A stretch of 63,826 nt of DNA, counting the filler, from Dugesia japonica (Eukaryota): NCBI GenBank assembly GCA_001938525.1. It is 6 parts of 6 records of this genome, joined end to end, with 100 filler letters (N's around TTAATTAATTAA, not from the genome) between each part and the next. Parts side by side here need not be neighbours in the genome. Positions count along the whole stretch, not along the records: positions 33,877 to 44,450 come from MQRL01579029.1; positions 44,551 to 54,221 come from MQRL01598789.1; 4 more parts are not named here. The stretch is one strand, 5' to 3'. Positions 38,360 to 52,809 of the stretch are shown here, one piece after another. Position 1 is the stretch's first letter. Each line of letters begins with the position of its first letter. The position numbers and the translations under genes were made by a program. The notes below the pieces were generated by a model, which was not told the DNA's origin, did no database searches, and worked only from the letters and a program-made list of their open reading frames with translations.

Positions 38360-38799
38360 CATGTTCATAAATTTACATCATAGTTTTACACGATTTAATT
38401 GAATTTTGAAAAGTAAAAAATTAATTGAATAATTTAAATTGCTGATTAATTTCAAAAGAATTAATAAATTAATTTCTATTTTTAAAATTCCACGTGATTG
38501 TAAAAATGAAATTAAATAAACAAAAATTAATTAATTAACTTGACAATATATAAATTAAAGAACTGAAATGATAAAAATTAAATTTGATTTAAAATATGAA
38601 ATTTAAAAATAGTTTGGAAATTAAAAACGATGTCAGTATGCCCTAAAATAAAGCATCCCTTCTCCCCTCTGACAATAAAATTTTTTTTTCTAGACTGGTT
38701 TTTTCTTAATTTTCTAGTAATTTCTTAATTTTATTTTTTTTCACTTATGAAATAAAAATAAAATAAAAAATAAGAAAAAAATCGTCGAGTAAATAGTTT

Positions 38800-39750
38800 T
38801 CCCGTCCCGGTAAGGTGGGATTGGAATGTCTTTCTTTTTATGCGTACTTAACTTCCTTTAATGTATTCAAGAGAAATGATTTAATATTTAATAAAACATC
38901 TCTTAAAAATCATTTTAATTGTGAAAAATCAAAATATTTTTAAATATCTTAAATCATAGAAAAAGAAAGCAGACAATTGGCGCAGTGAGACATTTGATTT
39001 AATTTGCAAGTGAATAATACTATATGTGAGCATGTTTTGGAAAAGCAGGTTGAAATTTTTGTGCTCTGTTTGGAAATTGTGTTTTTACAAAATCTTTTTA
39101 AAAAAAAAATTAAATTCACAAATTAATTAAGAAATTAAAATAAATTAAAATTTTTGGAAATGACAATTTTGTTTTGAAAGTTTAGAAGATTTTAAAATAA
39201 TAATTTAATAGCAAGTGATTTTGCTAAGAAAATTTTTTTATGAAAGTTTTTGTGAAAATTTTAAAGGATATGTTAGTAACAAATGGTCATTTTTTGTTTT
39301 AAGAATTTTTGAAAAGTTTAAAGGATTTATTACTAAAAAATAATTATTTTCTGTAAATTGGCAAATTAATTTAAATCAAGTTTCAAATCTAAATTTTTAA
39401 ATTATTTAAAAAAAAATTGTGTAGGTAGCTCAATAGTCTCAACAAATCAGTGTTAGTTTGTTCTTTGATTTTACTTTCAAGAGAAGAAAAAATTCTTAAA
39501 CTCATCATCGTTTTTTTATCCCTCAATTTCGAATACATGAAGTTTCTTGCTGCTTCTGCTGTGACTAAATTTCCATTTTGTCGACTCAATGTTTCAACGG
39601 TTAGCTTTATTGGAATCAAAGAGGCTTGAATTTTATAAAAAGAAGGTCAACATTCGTGAATTTTGATGTAGCATTGAATTCTTTGAGTGTTATTATCAAC
39701 TGATTTTTAGTTTACAATACCGAATCCAACATAGTAAGAATTGAATTCTA
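38800..39750 (-). pseudogene. hAT transposase relic
   Basis: NS(T)YYMLDSVL-like segment and PIKLTVETLSRQNGNLVTAE; TIR-like cccgtcccggtaaggtgggattg at ~38801-38823. Confidence 0.7.
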
Positions 39751-40058
39751 CCTTAAAGATTATTAGTAGAGAGTATTGTGCGAATCAGTGAGGATTAGAT
39801 CAATTGATCCAAAAAATAATGTTCGAACTTTTGTTTCTAAATCTTTATTGAATGTTTTTAATTCATTTGATTTATTGAAGAGATTGCATAATTGATTACA
39901 CAAAAAGAATTTTTAATATATAAACATTTTTAAAAAAATGGATTAAATATTGTATTAAAAAATGATCTTAAAGAAGAATTAAATATATGTACATGGAGAT
40001 GACGGATATATTGTCGAAAGAAATGCAGAAATATATCTTGAAATAGCGTTTCAGAGTT

Positions 40059-40119
<61 letters not shown>

Positions 40120-40169
40120 NNNNNNNNNNNNNNNNNNNNNNNNNNNNNNNNNNNNNNNNNNNNNNNNNN

Positions 40170-40240
<71 letters not shown>

Positions 40241-40280
40241 TCCAAATAATATATGATTGTATATAACAAATATCGTTACG
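39750..40280 (+). mobile_element. Penelope-like element 3' tail with AAT expansion
   Basis: Colinear with ~37250-37590. Confidence 0.8.
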
Positions 40281-40499
40281 TATGTGAGATATGACTAATA
40301 ATATAATATATTCATATTGACATATGTATGAGATAAAAGGTGAATGCGTGATTGACTGTTTGAATGTGTTTATGATTTTAGTGCTCAGACACTTTTACAT
40401 AACTGATTCCTCAAAAGCTATATATATATATATCTATATATATATATATATATGTTACAAGTCATTTTGTCTTAGAATATATATTTTATGCTGAACTCC

Positions 40500-43400
40500 A
40501 TTTCTAAATTTAAAATGGCAACCACGTCAATACTGAACTCGTGGATTCCAACACCCAAGATTTTCGAGATAGGAGGAAATGTTGAAGAATTTAGCGAAGA
40601 AGCTAACAGATTTTTTGAAATTTCCATGACTTAAATTCAATTAAAGAAAATAATTATAAAAACTTTTATGACAACAGACGCAGTCAAATTATATGAAGCA
40701 GTAGATTCAAAGATTAAAGATTTAAAGATGTAGAGAGGCACTTTAAGAGCCTGCAGACCTTGGTAAAAATCTAATTAATGCCTTGAAATATCGTAGACTA
40801 AATGAATCCTCAATTTCATTTTTTTCTGCGTCATCAGTTAACTCGTCAAATTCCTTTTACAAAATTCAATTGACGATAAAGAAGTTAAAAAGGAAATTAA
40901 AATGCAAGATATATAAGATGTTGAAAAAATGAAAGAAGTTGTAATGAAAATTGATGGATTAAAAAAAGAAATGGAACCAGAATATGGAATATCAGCGTTG
41001 AAGAAAAAAGTTACATATGCAACAGTAGCGCATGAAATTCCAAATTCAAATAATCGATTTAATAAACCAAGATTCAATGGAAATTTAAATCAAAGTAAAA
41101 TTTATGATTTATCGAAGAAATACCGGAAATTTTACGAGAGGAAATTATGAACCCAATGTTCAGACATTCAGAGTGAGAAAATGTTGGGCATTTAGAGAAG
41201 AAGGTCACATACGTTCACAATGTTCTAATGTTAAATGTTTGCATTGTAAGAATCCAGGACATCTCCGATTTCAATGCCATTAAATTAATCCTTTGAGAGC
41301 AGAAAGAAGACAAATGTACAACAAGCCACGAAGATTTCAAATGAATGCCTATGATGATGATGATGCCTGTCCCAGTGATGAAATAGATCAAGGAAATTAT
41401 TCAGGAAATGCTCAAGCTCTAATGAGGGAGGATACAATTGGAGCTATAAATCTAGGTTAGATAATAATGTTTTGAGCACTAATGTATGTGATATGAATGC
41501 TTGTGAATGTTTGTTCGATGTAAATAATAAAAATTATAAAAGATTAAATGATTTAGTTTGCTTGAATGAATGTAAATACTTGACGATTAATGATTCATTT
41601 AACAAAACTATAGAATATAAAAATGAATATTTTATAGATAATATTTTAATTCCTAATGGAGTTTCAGTTTTAAATAAGGATTTAAATAATGTAAATTTAA
41701 TAAATAATTATGAAGAGAATATTGTGTATAATTATATGTCAGGAAGACCCTGTTTAAAGTTAAAATTAAATATTTCTAAAATTAAAAGTGAATATATTAA
41801 TGTTACTTGCGCTAATGAAAGTCAACTAAAAATAATAGGAAGTATTATATTAAAAATTACACTTAATAATCGAAAAGAATTTATTAAGTTTTTTGTTGGA
41901 GAAATTATTTCTCCCAGTGTTATTGCAGGAATTGATTTTCCATCTAATTTTAATATCAAATTAAAAATGCTAAATTATATTGATAAAGAAATATGGGAAA
42001 TAAAAACTATGAACTTTAAAAATGAAGTGAAGTAAAAAATTAGGAATATAATTGAATGATTTTTAGAACTTTTTATGAAAGATAAATGGGATGTAGGTAA
42101 AACAATACTATTAAAACATAACATTGTTGCCCACGGTGGTCCAGTTGTAGTAAATCCTAGGCGGCAACCTATTCATTTAGAATATAAAATTAATTAGGCT
42201 GTTTTAGAAATGGAAGAAAGGGGTATAATCAACCAATGTGATTCTGAGTGGAATAATACATTAGTTTGTGTTTGGAAGAAAGAGAAAAAAGACATTAGAA
42301 TTTGCTTGGATTTTAGATTATTGAATAGTATACTGGAGAGACCATTGTTCCCAATACCAAACATAGGAGAAATACTTAACATTTTGAATGGATCAAAATA
42401 TTTTACAACGATAGATTTGAGTAATGCATATTACCAGGTAGAATTAGAGGAAAGGTCAAAATACAAAACGGCCTTTTCTACAAAGTTTGGTCAATTTGCT
42501 TCAACCGAATGCCATTTGGATTAGCTGCAGCACCAGCAAAATTTCAAAAATGAATGACAAAAGTGTTAGGACCATTAAATGGGAAGCAAGCAATTGTTTA
42601 TCTTGATGATATACTGATATTTCCTAAAACTGAGAAAGAGCATTCAAAAAGATTAAAAAATCTTTTTAATCAAATCAAAGATTCAGGGTTGAAATTAAGT
42701 TCTGATAAATGTGTATATATGAAAAGGGAGATTAAGTTTCTGGGCCATATCATTTAAAAAGATGGTTTAAAAACAAATCGAGAAAAGATAAGAGCAATTA
42801 AAGATTTGAACAACCTAGGTGTTTTAAAAAACTTTGTGGATTTTTAGGGCTTACAAATTATTACAGAAAATTCACTAAAGATTATTCAAAACACTTGAGA
42901 ATATTAGAAAGTTTATGTGAAAACAATAAAAACAAATTAATTTGGTCAGATCAATGTAAACAAAGTTTTGAAGCTTTAAAACTAGAATTAATGAAGGCTA
43001 GTTTTGACACAATTGGTGGAGTATTATCACGGTCAGATGAACAAGGCAATTAACGGGTTATGGCTTATGGATCAAAAGCAATGAATAAGCATAAATTAGG
43101 TTATTGTATAACCAGAAAAGAGCTTCTAGCAATATATTATTTTACGGAACATTATAAACACTATTTATACGGGAAAAGATTTAAACTTCGAACTGATCAC
43201 AAAGCCATAACTTTTATGATTTATACAAAAAAACCTATTACTCCACAATTCCAGACATGGATAAATTATTTAAGTAGCTTGGATATGATTATGGAATACA
43301 GAAAAAGAGAATGTTATTTAAATGCTGACGCAATGTCGAGGAATAATGGCGACACGTGTATTCAATGTTAAATGAATCAGGAGAATGCGAAAAAAAGAAA

Positions 43401-44395
43401 ATGAAAACAAAAGACTAAGCAATTGAGCTTAAAACAAATGGTAATAAATGACAAGAAAACTTTGAAGAAATTAATATTATAAAAGGTAACTTAAAAAATG
43501 GTGAAATGAATTCAAAATTTAAGTTTTCAAATGGTATCATAATGACAAATAATAATAAAATTTGGATTCCTTTAGAATGCAGAAAATTATATGTAAGAAG
43601 TGAACACGAATCATTATGCCATATAGGATCTTGAAAGATGGCAGCTCATATAAGAGAAAATTATGATATGGAAGGTCTAGAAGAAATGGTAAAAGAGGTT
43701 ACTCAAAATTGTTAAAATTGTCAATTAAGAAAACCACAGACAACGCAAATCAAAGAAAAAATTATTAGTATTCCAGTTGATGACATCTTTGAAATCATTC
43801 ATATTGATTTTTGTGCCCTTTTAAGAAAACATTATATGTAAAACAATACATTTTAGTTATTATTGATAAATTCAGTAGATTTATATCTCTCAATGCAGTT
43901 TGACATCAAGATGAAAATACCGCTGTTAAAATATTAAAAAATAATTGGATTTTGAAATATGGTGCACTGAAAATAATACAAACAGATAGTGGAAAATCAT
44001 TGGAATCAAATCTTTTCCAACAATTAGCTAAGGAATTTAATTGTGAAATCCAATATTCTAGTTCATATCATCATAGTAGTAATTGAATCATTCAAAGACA
44101 ATTTCGAACTATAAGAGATACAATTCATATTAATTTACAGGATAAGAAAAAGCAGGACTGGGCTGAAATTTTACCAGAAATAGAATTTATGTTGAACACC
44201 ACAATTCAGAGAGCAACGAATGTAGCTCCAGCTGAAATAGTTTTTGGGAAAAATTTACACCAAGAATGAATTGTTAGGAATGATAAAAGAAATGTAAATG
44301 AAAGAAATCTAAAGCGTAAAAAATTAATAAACAATTTAAATAACTATGAAAATTTCAAAAATTTAGAAAAGAATAATACAATCAGAAAATTTAAT
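40500..44395 (+). mobile_element. Near-complete degenerate Ty3/gypsy gag-pol
   Basis: Gag (CLHCKNPGHLRFQC), RT (VWKKEKKDIRICLDFR, IDLSNAYYQ, YLDD, FLGHII), RNase H (TRKELLAI, RTDHKA, NADAMSR), integrase (HESLCH, HIDFC, IQTDSG). Confidence 0.95.
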
Positions 44396-44450
44396 AGTAG
44401 GTAGATATGAGCGCACCAAACCGGGGCCCCTCGAGGGGGGGGTACCCCCC

Positions 44451-44550
44451 NNNNNNNNNNNNNNNNNNNNNNNNNNNNNNNNNNNNNNNNNNNNTTAATT
44501 AATTAANNNNNNNNNNNNNNNNNNNNNNNNNNNNNNNNNNNNNNNNNNNN
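44451..44550. other. Artificial scaffold linker
   Basis: N44-TTAATTAATTAA-N44. Confidence 0.95.
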
Positions 44551-44989
44551 GGTGGTAAGTTTTTCCTTCCTAACAATTCCAATGCATCTTGTTGTTTTCT
44601 TTTCATATTTTCTTATCCGGTTTCTTTTCGATTTCCTTGAGTGACGTTATTCGGGTAAAACGGATTTTTAACTAATTTTGCTTCTTTTTTTTTAAAATTA
44701 ATTAATTTTCTTTTGTTAATTAATTATTTTCCATACTGCTTTTCCTTGTTGTTTATTATTAATTTAATAATTTTTCTTAATTTCCAATTGTAAGTTGCTC
44801 TCTAGTTACTCGGTTCTTCGTATTTATCTTTGATTTTATTTTGTTCTTTTTTAATGGTGATTTCGTGCCTTATATTTCATTATTGGTGACTATAGCGGTC
44901 CTGCTATTCTTTTCTGTTGATTCGGCTTTTCAGCCTTATTCTTGTTTCGCGGGTGTTTCACCCCAACACTTATATTGAATGATATTTAT

Positions 44990-45560
44990 ACTCAGAATAG
45001 ACCATTAAGCTATCACTTTTATGCTAAATACCAAGAAAATGATCACATCACATTTTCAAATTTGGATTAATTATTTGATTAGTTTAGATAAAAAATTGGA
45101 TTATAGAAACGAATACCGTCATACATATGAGGATATGTTGTCAAGGAGTAAATGCGATACATGTGCGCAAGGTCTAATGTCACAGGAAGATCCAAAAAGT
45201 GGAAAATTCAAAACAAGGATGTTAAATACAGTATATGTTCAAAAGAAACAAGGCAATTTTGATGAAAATGATAAAGGAACATGGGTACCTGATGATAAAG
45301 TAGATGATAATAACACAAATGGAAAAATAGAGACGGTTCAGAACTATGAGGGATATGATAATTTCAACACTTAAAGAAAGGAAAACCTCAGAATGCGTTG
45401 ATATATTTCCAGAGATAGAATTGACCTTGAATGCTACAAAGCAGAAGACCATCGGGAAAAGCACTGCTGAAATCGTATTTGGAAAGAAAATAAGCAGAGA
45501 AAAATGGTACGAAACAGATATTAAAAAGTGCACAAAGAGCAAGATGAAGAGAAATTAATC
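44990..45560 (+). mobile_element. Ty3/gypsy RNase H-integrase fragment
   Basis: FQIWINYLISLD...CDTCAQ; PEIELTLNATKQKTIGKSTAEIVFG. Confidence 0.8.
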
Positions 45561-45569
45561 TAAAGACAA

Positions 45570-46942
45570 TTCCATCCAAACGATACTTTTTCTTATCCTT
45601 TTATTTTTCATTTTTCTACTTAGAAAACAGCACACTTCGAAAAAAAGATTTATACTACTTAAAAATTAAAAATCTCTATCTTTCGAAAAATACATCAATA
45701 ATTCGAAAAAATCTTCCACCTTAAAACCCATACTGTCACATGCGTCAAAACTTCCTCTTTCCAATAACATAAAATTCAACACAATCTTACAACTACTCAC
45801 AACACCAGAGCGATTTTAAGTCAGGTGCGCAATAAATAATTGTCCTGTGTTCACAATTTTCTCAGATCCAGACGCATTTTACAATATTAGTCCTTTAGGC
45901 AATATATAGGTCGAATTCAAGGGCCTGACCCAATTCATCTTCAAAGCTTCAAAAAAGTGGATATACACACATTAAAAACATTTGAGTCAAATTTTGTTTT
46001 TATCATATCATCACACACACACACATTACATTACCAAAAAATTAAACCTAAATTTCCATCTACACTATCCCCACACATACATACATCATACCACTTCGTA
46101 TCAATACCATAATACTTATAACAAAATATTTTGAAAAAAATTCAGAAATATATGAAAAACAAATCTTAAAATTTGAAAAAAATTCTTTCATTAATAAAAT
46201 CATAAAAATTTTAAAAAAATAAATAGGATTTTTTTACACACATCGGAAAAATCAAAAATATCAATTTTTCTTAAGAAATCAACGTTCCTCTTTCAATAAT
46301 TTCAACTGGGAAAAAATTATTTTTATCCAAATATATTACTTACTAACCTTCAAACTTTAACCGCCAAAAATTAAATCAACTTTCCCAACAACATGAAATT
46401 CAACCAAATCCATTAACAACTAACTACGAGATCAATATTAAGGAAAAGTGCGCGATAATTCATTTCATGTGCTAGTGCGCTCATCTATTTACGGTAACTT
46501 ACACTAAATTTTCACTATTAGGCAAGGTTTAGGAAGAATTTCGGTCTCACCACAACAATACCATTTCCACCTCCAAAATAAAAAGCACATACAAACCTTT
46601 TGAGTCAACTTTCTCTTTTAACACCATATCTTTACACACACAAACGACATGATAGCACACATTCGTAAACCCATTCATCGTTTAAACCGCAAAATCATTT
46701 TAAAAAAAGTATAACAAATAAAAAAAATTCCGAATAAATTAAAACAAAATTGAGAATTCACAAAAAATTCCCTTATTAATTAAAACAAAAAGATTAAAAA
46801 TTAAAAAAAATAAAAATTTTTGATTCAATCAAAATATTCGAACCGATTAAAAATCTTAAAATTCAAAATATCAGAAATCAAAAACAGTTTTAAGTTTTAT
46901 CGCTAGGCGGGACCAGTGCTATTGCTCTCACATCTACCTACT
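45570..46942 (+). mobile_element. Probable Polinton-type terminal region with diverged internal duplication
   Basis: Ends in ...CATCTACCTACT. ~45760-46220 resembles ~46385-46810. A/C-skewed and non-coding. Confidence 0.45.
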
Positions 46943-47510
46943 CCTGTAATTTGTAATCAGAAACTTGTAAAAATTAAATCATTGTGAATTGATTCGTTAA
47001 TTAATCTTGTGTTGACTAATTTTGAAATGATAAAATCTCCCAATTAAGTATTAAATGTGTATTTTTACAATGTTTACTAAAAAATAAAACAAACCGAATA
47101 ATTATTCAACCAATTAAATGCATGTATTTAGTAAAAACAATTANNNNNNNNNNNNNNNNNNNNNNNNNNNNNNNNNNNNNNNNNNNNNNNNNNNNNNNNN
47201 NNNNNNNNAATGTTTACTAAATCAGAGATATAAAATACATAATAACATTTTATATAATAAATATATTAATAATAACATTAATTTTGAAAAAATAAAATAA
47301 ATATACAATTTCTTAATGCTTCGTCATGATTTGACAAAAATACAATTAACAACTAGGATTCTTAAGAGGAACTGTGTTGGCATTTTGATCAGTTTTTGTT
47401 ACTAATGCATTTATCTCTTTTTCTTTGTCATTCTCTGATAGCAGACTTTGATTGTGCTTAGCGCCTAAAAATAAATAAATAACAGAATATAATTTCACAA
47501 ACATTTACAA

Positions 47511-47796
47511 CAATGTTGTCCAAACTTTTTTGAGCTACGGTACATTTGTCTAAATTAAAAAATTTCACGGCACACTAATTTTTTGCTTCAATTGCAATTT
47601 CTTAATGTACTTTTATTTAAGGTTTAAAATATTATTGCAAACAAATAAATTTCGCACTTAATTGACCAATTAATATTTAAAATTTAAACAACCGTCAAAA
47701 TATCCCTATTTCAACTTTCTTTAATTAAGTTGTCAAAAACCGGGTATTTTTGACTTTATTTGAAAAATTTTGCTGCACACGGTTTGGACAATACTG
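47511..47796. mobile_element. hAT-type MITE
   Basis: TIRs caatgttgtccaaac / gtttggacaatactg; perfect 8-bp TSD atttacaa (47503-47510 and 47797-47804). Confidence 0.88.
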
Positions 47797-48299
47797 ATTT
47801 ACAAGAACGAAATTAACAATTATCAATCACTGGAATTATTGACTAATTCTTGAACTCTCAATTTAAAGTAGAATACATTGTTAAATCAATGTTCTCATGT
47901 TATATATTAGAAGTGGCCAATCACCGTGTATAATTTTGTGTTTAATTTTATGTATATATGATGCATGTAGAATTATAAAGTATTTTCAAAGTAGCCCGTG
48001 AGATCATTATTTTGACCGTGCATAATATTTTTGGTTCGCCAGGCCTGTTAAATAATTTTTAATGACTTGATGTTTAATAGTAATAAAACAAAAAATTGTT
48101 TTTCATGGACCAAAAAATATAAATAATACAATACAAATTAAAATAATACAATTTAATACAATTACAAAAACTCGGATCTACAACAAAATCAAAAAAAAAA
48201 TAAAATTATAAATATTTAATTCATAAATTTATTTAACGTTTTAGCATATTCGAGTACTCACCTCAATATTTTAAAAAATATATTTTTTAATAATAATTT

Positions 48300-50180
48300 C
48301 AGACAACAGAATTTAAAATAACGCACTCGCACTCACACCAAAGTGGTTTAGAATAAAACTGAATCGAAATTGCAACAGTAACCGGTTAGTAATAAAATTG
48401 CTTCTGTACAATTTTATTCCTGGAGTTAATAATTACTTTTAACCATCGACCCATTTCCTATCATTTTACATCATTTTATGGATATTCGAATTTTCGACAA
48501 TTGTTTTCTTCGGGAATATTATGACTTTTTAATAGATTTAAACGATAATAGAACATTGTTACAAAATTGTTTTTATTTTATCAAAGTTTTATTGGTTAAA
48601 TTATAAATTTTATTTTAAATTAAATTTCAAAATGTTTTAATCGAAAAATTTTTTAAATGTTTAATTATTAGTTGGACTTAGTTATTTTTTTTATAAAACT
48701 TTTATATATTTGAAATTTTTAAAAAAAAATTTCAATTATAATTATCATAACTTAATATAATTTTATTCAATTTAATTTTTATTATTATAGAATGTTATTA
48801 TTTTTTAAAATTATTTATTCAAACTTATTATGTTATTAAATTACTCTATTAATATTAATAAATCATTAAATTAAATTATTCCAATTATCATTTTAAAATT
48901 ATTCTTTGAGAATCTGTGTTTTTATCATTTTTTCTTATTTTCTATATATTTATATATATTTAATGTTTTATTCATGTTATAATTAAAAGCAATACATTAA
49001 AATTAAATATCGATGGCATTCTCAGGTCCTTCAATGGAAATTGATTCATATAGATTTTTTACATCCAATAAACCAAATTCATCATCATTCTTCCAGTCAT
49101 AATTCCTAATTCGTTCCATTGTTATTTTATGATCTTTAGAAACACAGTACATAGAAGATGGAAATGGTTCATAACATTTTACTACTAAAAATACAGATTT
49201 TATTCGGTCTTCATATTTCTCTTCAAATTTAATCAACCTTTATTAAATTTATTCTCTTCAATAATTGGTAGTCTTTTATGGTTTATGGTCTCATAATTTT
49301 TCAGATTTTCAGACAAGAAATCCTTGTATGTCTGTTCAGGCAAAGCTACCAATTTAGTTGTTTTATCTGTTGGCGTGATGTAATTGATTTCAAATTCTTT
49401 ATTTCTTTAATAATTTTGTTTTCACTATTTTTAGATTTGATATTCTTATTATATTTTTAAGTTTCTAAAAGTTTATTTTTGAGTTCCTCTATATTGTTAG
49501 CAATTTCTGTAAAAGGAAAAAAGTGTATTTTACCCGTCTGAATGATTGCTTATACTTCCACTTTAATGAAAAAATTTATGAATTATCAGATATTTTATAT
49601 GTTGTGTTTTCTAGTCTGTGCAATTAGCATTTGAGACTGTAAATGGAAGCTTCAATCATTGCAATATTGGAGAAGTCAGAGGCTACTGAATTTTCAGGAA
49701 TATAGTTTGGTCCTTCGTTTAATAATTCTATTTGTCTGTCAGTAAATGTATATTCTGTTAAATTTTGGAAAGGAAGAACAGTTGTATTACTTATAACATA
49801 TTCGTGTAAATTTATTTTGATTTTATCTTCTGTTTTAGTTTTCTCAGAAAGTAGTGCTCTCAATTTTTTTGTTTGTTGCGATCGTTTATGTTTTTAAATT
49901 TTCTATATGCATCTTCATCTTCTTTATTTAGAGTAAATAGTAATGGTCTTCGATGGATAACTCTTCCTCGAAAGATTCTATAGTGAACTTAATTACCTGA
50001 TAAAAACTATAGATCTATAATACTTTTTCAATACTTTCATATTTATTCATAACCACAACCATTTTTGATTCACTTTTGATGAGTTGATACCGATACCTTT
50101 TTTACGGAATTGATGGAAAATAAATCGAATTAAAGCATTTATGCACAGTGAAATCATTCCATTTGTAGTAACGCGCATTT
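48300..50180 (-). mobile_element. Degenerate Penelope-like retroelement ORF
   Basis: NLTEYTFTDRQIELLNEGPNYIP (PLE N-terminal motif), PSSMYCVSKDHK and LLDVKNLYESI (RT motifs). Confidence 0.7.
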
Positions 50181-51610
50181 TATCAGTTGATCAACAAGTG
50201 TGTCAGAAATTAATAACAAAATTATTTTGGCAAATTTAGGTATATCAATGTATTTTGATAATAAAGGATTGTGATTACAGATAATTAGACATGGTTATCG
50301 ATTGTTAGAATGACAAAATTAATAAATTCACAAAATAATGCATTCTAACACACTATAAATACAACATGTATTAAAACAGATCACCGAAAGATCGGAGGAA
50401 ATAAACATTTTCTTATGAATCTCCATTTGAAGTTAATATATAAAATTAAAATTCATCAAAGATTAGAAAATTAATCGAGATCTCTGAAAGATATGTGAAG
50501 GGATCCATGTGGAAAGTGGTAATAATAATGATGAAGATTTTAGCGAAATGATAGATTTGAATTATTCTAAATACTATGTAATAAATAAACAATAATGAAA
50601 ATAATAAACAGTCAAGGAAAAGATATTATTATGTATTACGAGGAAAGAACTAATATCGATATAGAAAAGGAATATNNNNNNNNNNNNNNNNNNNNNNNNN
50701 NNNNNNNNNNNNNNNNNNNNNNNNNGCAAATTTAGGTATATCAATGTATTTTGATAATAAAGGATTGTGATTACAGATAATTAGACATGGTTATCGATTG
50801 TTAGAATGACAAAATTAATAAATTCACAAAATAATGCATTCTAACACACTATAAATACAACATGTATTAAAACAGATCACCGAAAGATNNNNNNNNNNNN
50901 NNNNNNNNNNNNNNNNNNNNNNNNNNNNNNNNNNNNNNNNNNNNNNNNNNNNNNNNNNNNNNNNNNNNNNNNNNNNNNNNNNNNNNNNNNNNNNNNNNNN
51001 NNNNNNNNNNNNNNNNNNNNNNNNNNNNNNNNNNNNNNNNNNNNNNNNNNNNNNNNNNNNNNNNNNNNNNNNNNNNNNNNNNNNNNNNNNNNNNNNNTAA
51101 TAAACAGTCAAGGAAAAGATATTATTATGTATTACGAGGAAAGAACTAATATCGATATAGAAAAGGAATATAGAAAAGATTCCAATATACTAATATCAAT
51201 AGCTATTAAAAAGAAAAATAATGTCTAATTGAAAGGTAAACATGAAGTTAAATTGATCGAAATTGAAAAATAATAACAATTAGTTAGCTACTATCATTGT
51301 TATTCTTTCTCATTTAATAAAAGTTTATAACATAATAAAGGCAAGTGTCAGCTACTAATGTCTTTAGACTACTTCAAACAAATGATAATACTCATTAATA
51401 ATTACCTATTAAAACTATGAAAATGAACCATTTTTATACCCGGTCAATTTTAACTGATTGTAGTGTGAACGTACCTATATCAGCATAGTGGCAATTGAGG
51501 GTTAAAATTATTACAAAATACAAAAGTCGTCAAAATACTGTTCAAGTTGAATACTTATTACAATTGGTGATTAAATTTTGACAATTTCTTATTTATTAGA
51601 AACAGTGTTT

Positions 51611-52151
51611 TTAGAAAATATAATCATTACTTTTAGAATGAGAAGATTTAGATTTTGAGTGGGTCCTTGTGTCAGAACTGGTTGTATATTTAGATATGAA
51701 AAAAGAATACTTCTCTTGAACAAAGCTTGATACTTTATCACGATTTTCCTTGAAGATGAGATTTTATTTATCATAATAATAAAAATGTACAAATTACCCG
51801 ATTAATAACCACAACAAATAAGAACATCATCAGTCCTTGTAATGGAAANAAAATTACCCACATATACATCGCAAATAAATAAGCAATGGCAAAATATGAT
51901 GGGATCCAAGTGAGGCCCATAGAAAAGACTAATTGTAAGAATACTAACAATTCACTGAAAAAAATAAAATAATTTAAAATATGGCAATGGAGATGTACTT
52001 AGAGTCATTAACTTTAGTTTTGCGGTTATTCAAATAATTGCGAATCAGTGCATTTGCAATGAAGAATAATGCAACGAGATTGATAGCCAGAATAATACCA
52101 ATTTGAATGATAAATGCTAAAAATGCTCCACTACTAGTATTGATCCAACAT
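51611..52151 (-). CDS. Class B/adhesion-type GPCR (7tm_2), last three exons (ECL2, TM5-TM7, C-tail)
   Basis: Exons 52151-51999, 51954-51798 and 51748-51611 with 44- and 49-nt GT-AG introns splice to CWINTSSGAFLAFIIQIGIILAINLV...MGLTWI...FPLQGLMMFLF...YIF*. Confidence 0.85.
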
Positions 52152-52809
52152 CTAAAGAATATTACAAATTAATATCCATATATGGATTCATAATTAAACA
52201 TGAAATCTAAGTGGCTAGATATGAGCGTATCTAAAAAAACATCCAATGACCTTATACTGTTTTNNAAAAGGCAATAACATAAACAGGTACGTGATAGTTT
52301 GTTCATAGGTATTTTAGACTATGCAACAATGATTATGTCACTTTGATTATGTAGTCCGGATTATTAAATTGTAATAATTTTCATAATGATTTTATTTAAA
52401 GTTAAAGGTTTAGAGTTTAATGTATTAAAATTATTAATTTTTTTTCAGTTAATAAATTGATTTTTAGATATTAATTGTTGTGAATTCTTAATGTTATGAC
52501 TAAAGTTATTGGAAATATGGTAAATTATTACGAATTATGATCATTGTTATTTGACTATAAGTAAGGATTTATTTTTATTTAAATTAAATGGTAATAATTT
52601 GCCTTTAACGATAATGTTTTTCTTTAATAATTTAATTTAATGAAACTTTAGTAATGCACTACATTTAGAATATTTCCATTTGTAGGTAACANTTTTTTCT
52701 AAAACAATTGGATTTACAAAAAAAGAGTATAATAAAATCATAAAATACAAAATTAAAAATATTCAGTAATATTTAAAAACGTTACTGTTAGGTAAATATT
52801 CAATAGATA

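Noticed and set aside
50229-51171. Exact duplications (50229-50391 vs 50726-50888; ~50600-50675 vs ~51098-51171)
   Set aside because: Identical and gap-flanked, so most likely a scaffolding or haplotype artefact; the same probably applies to 36130-36969.
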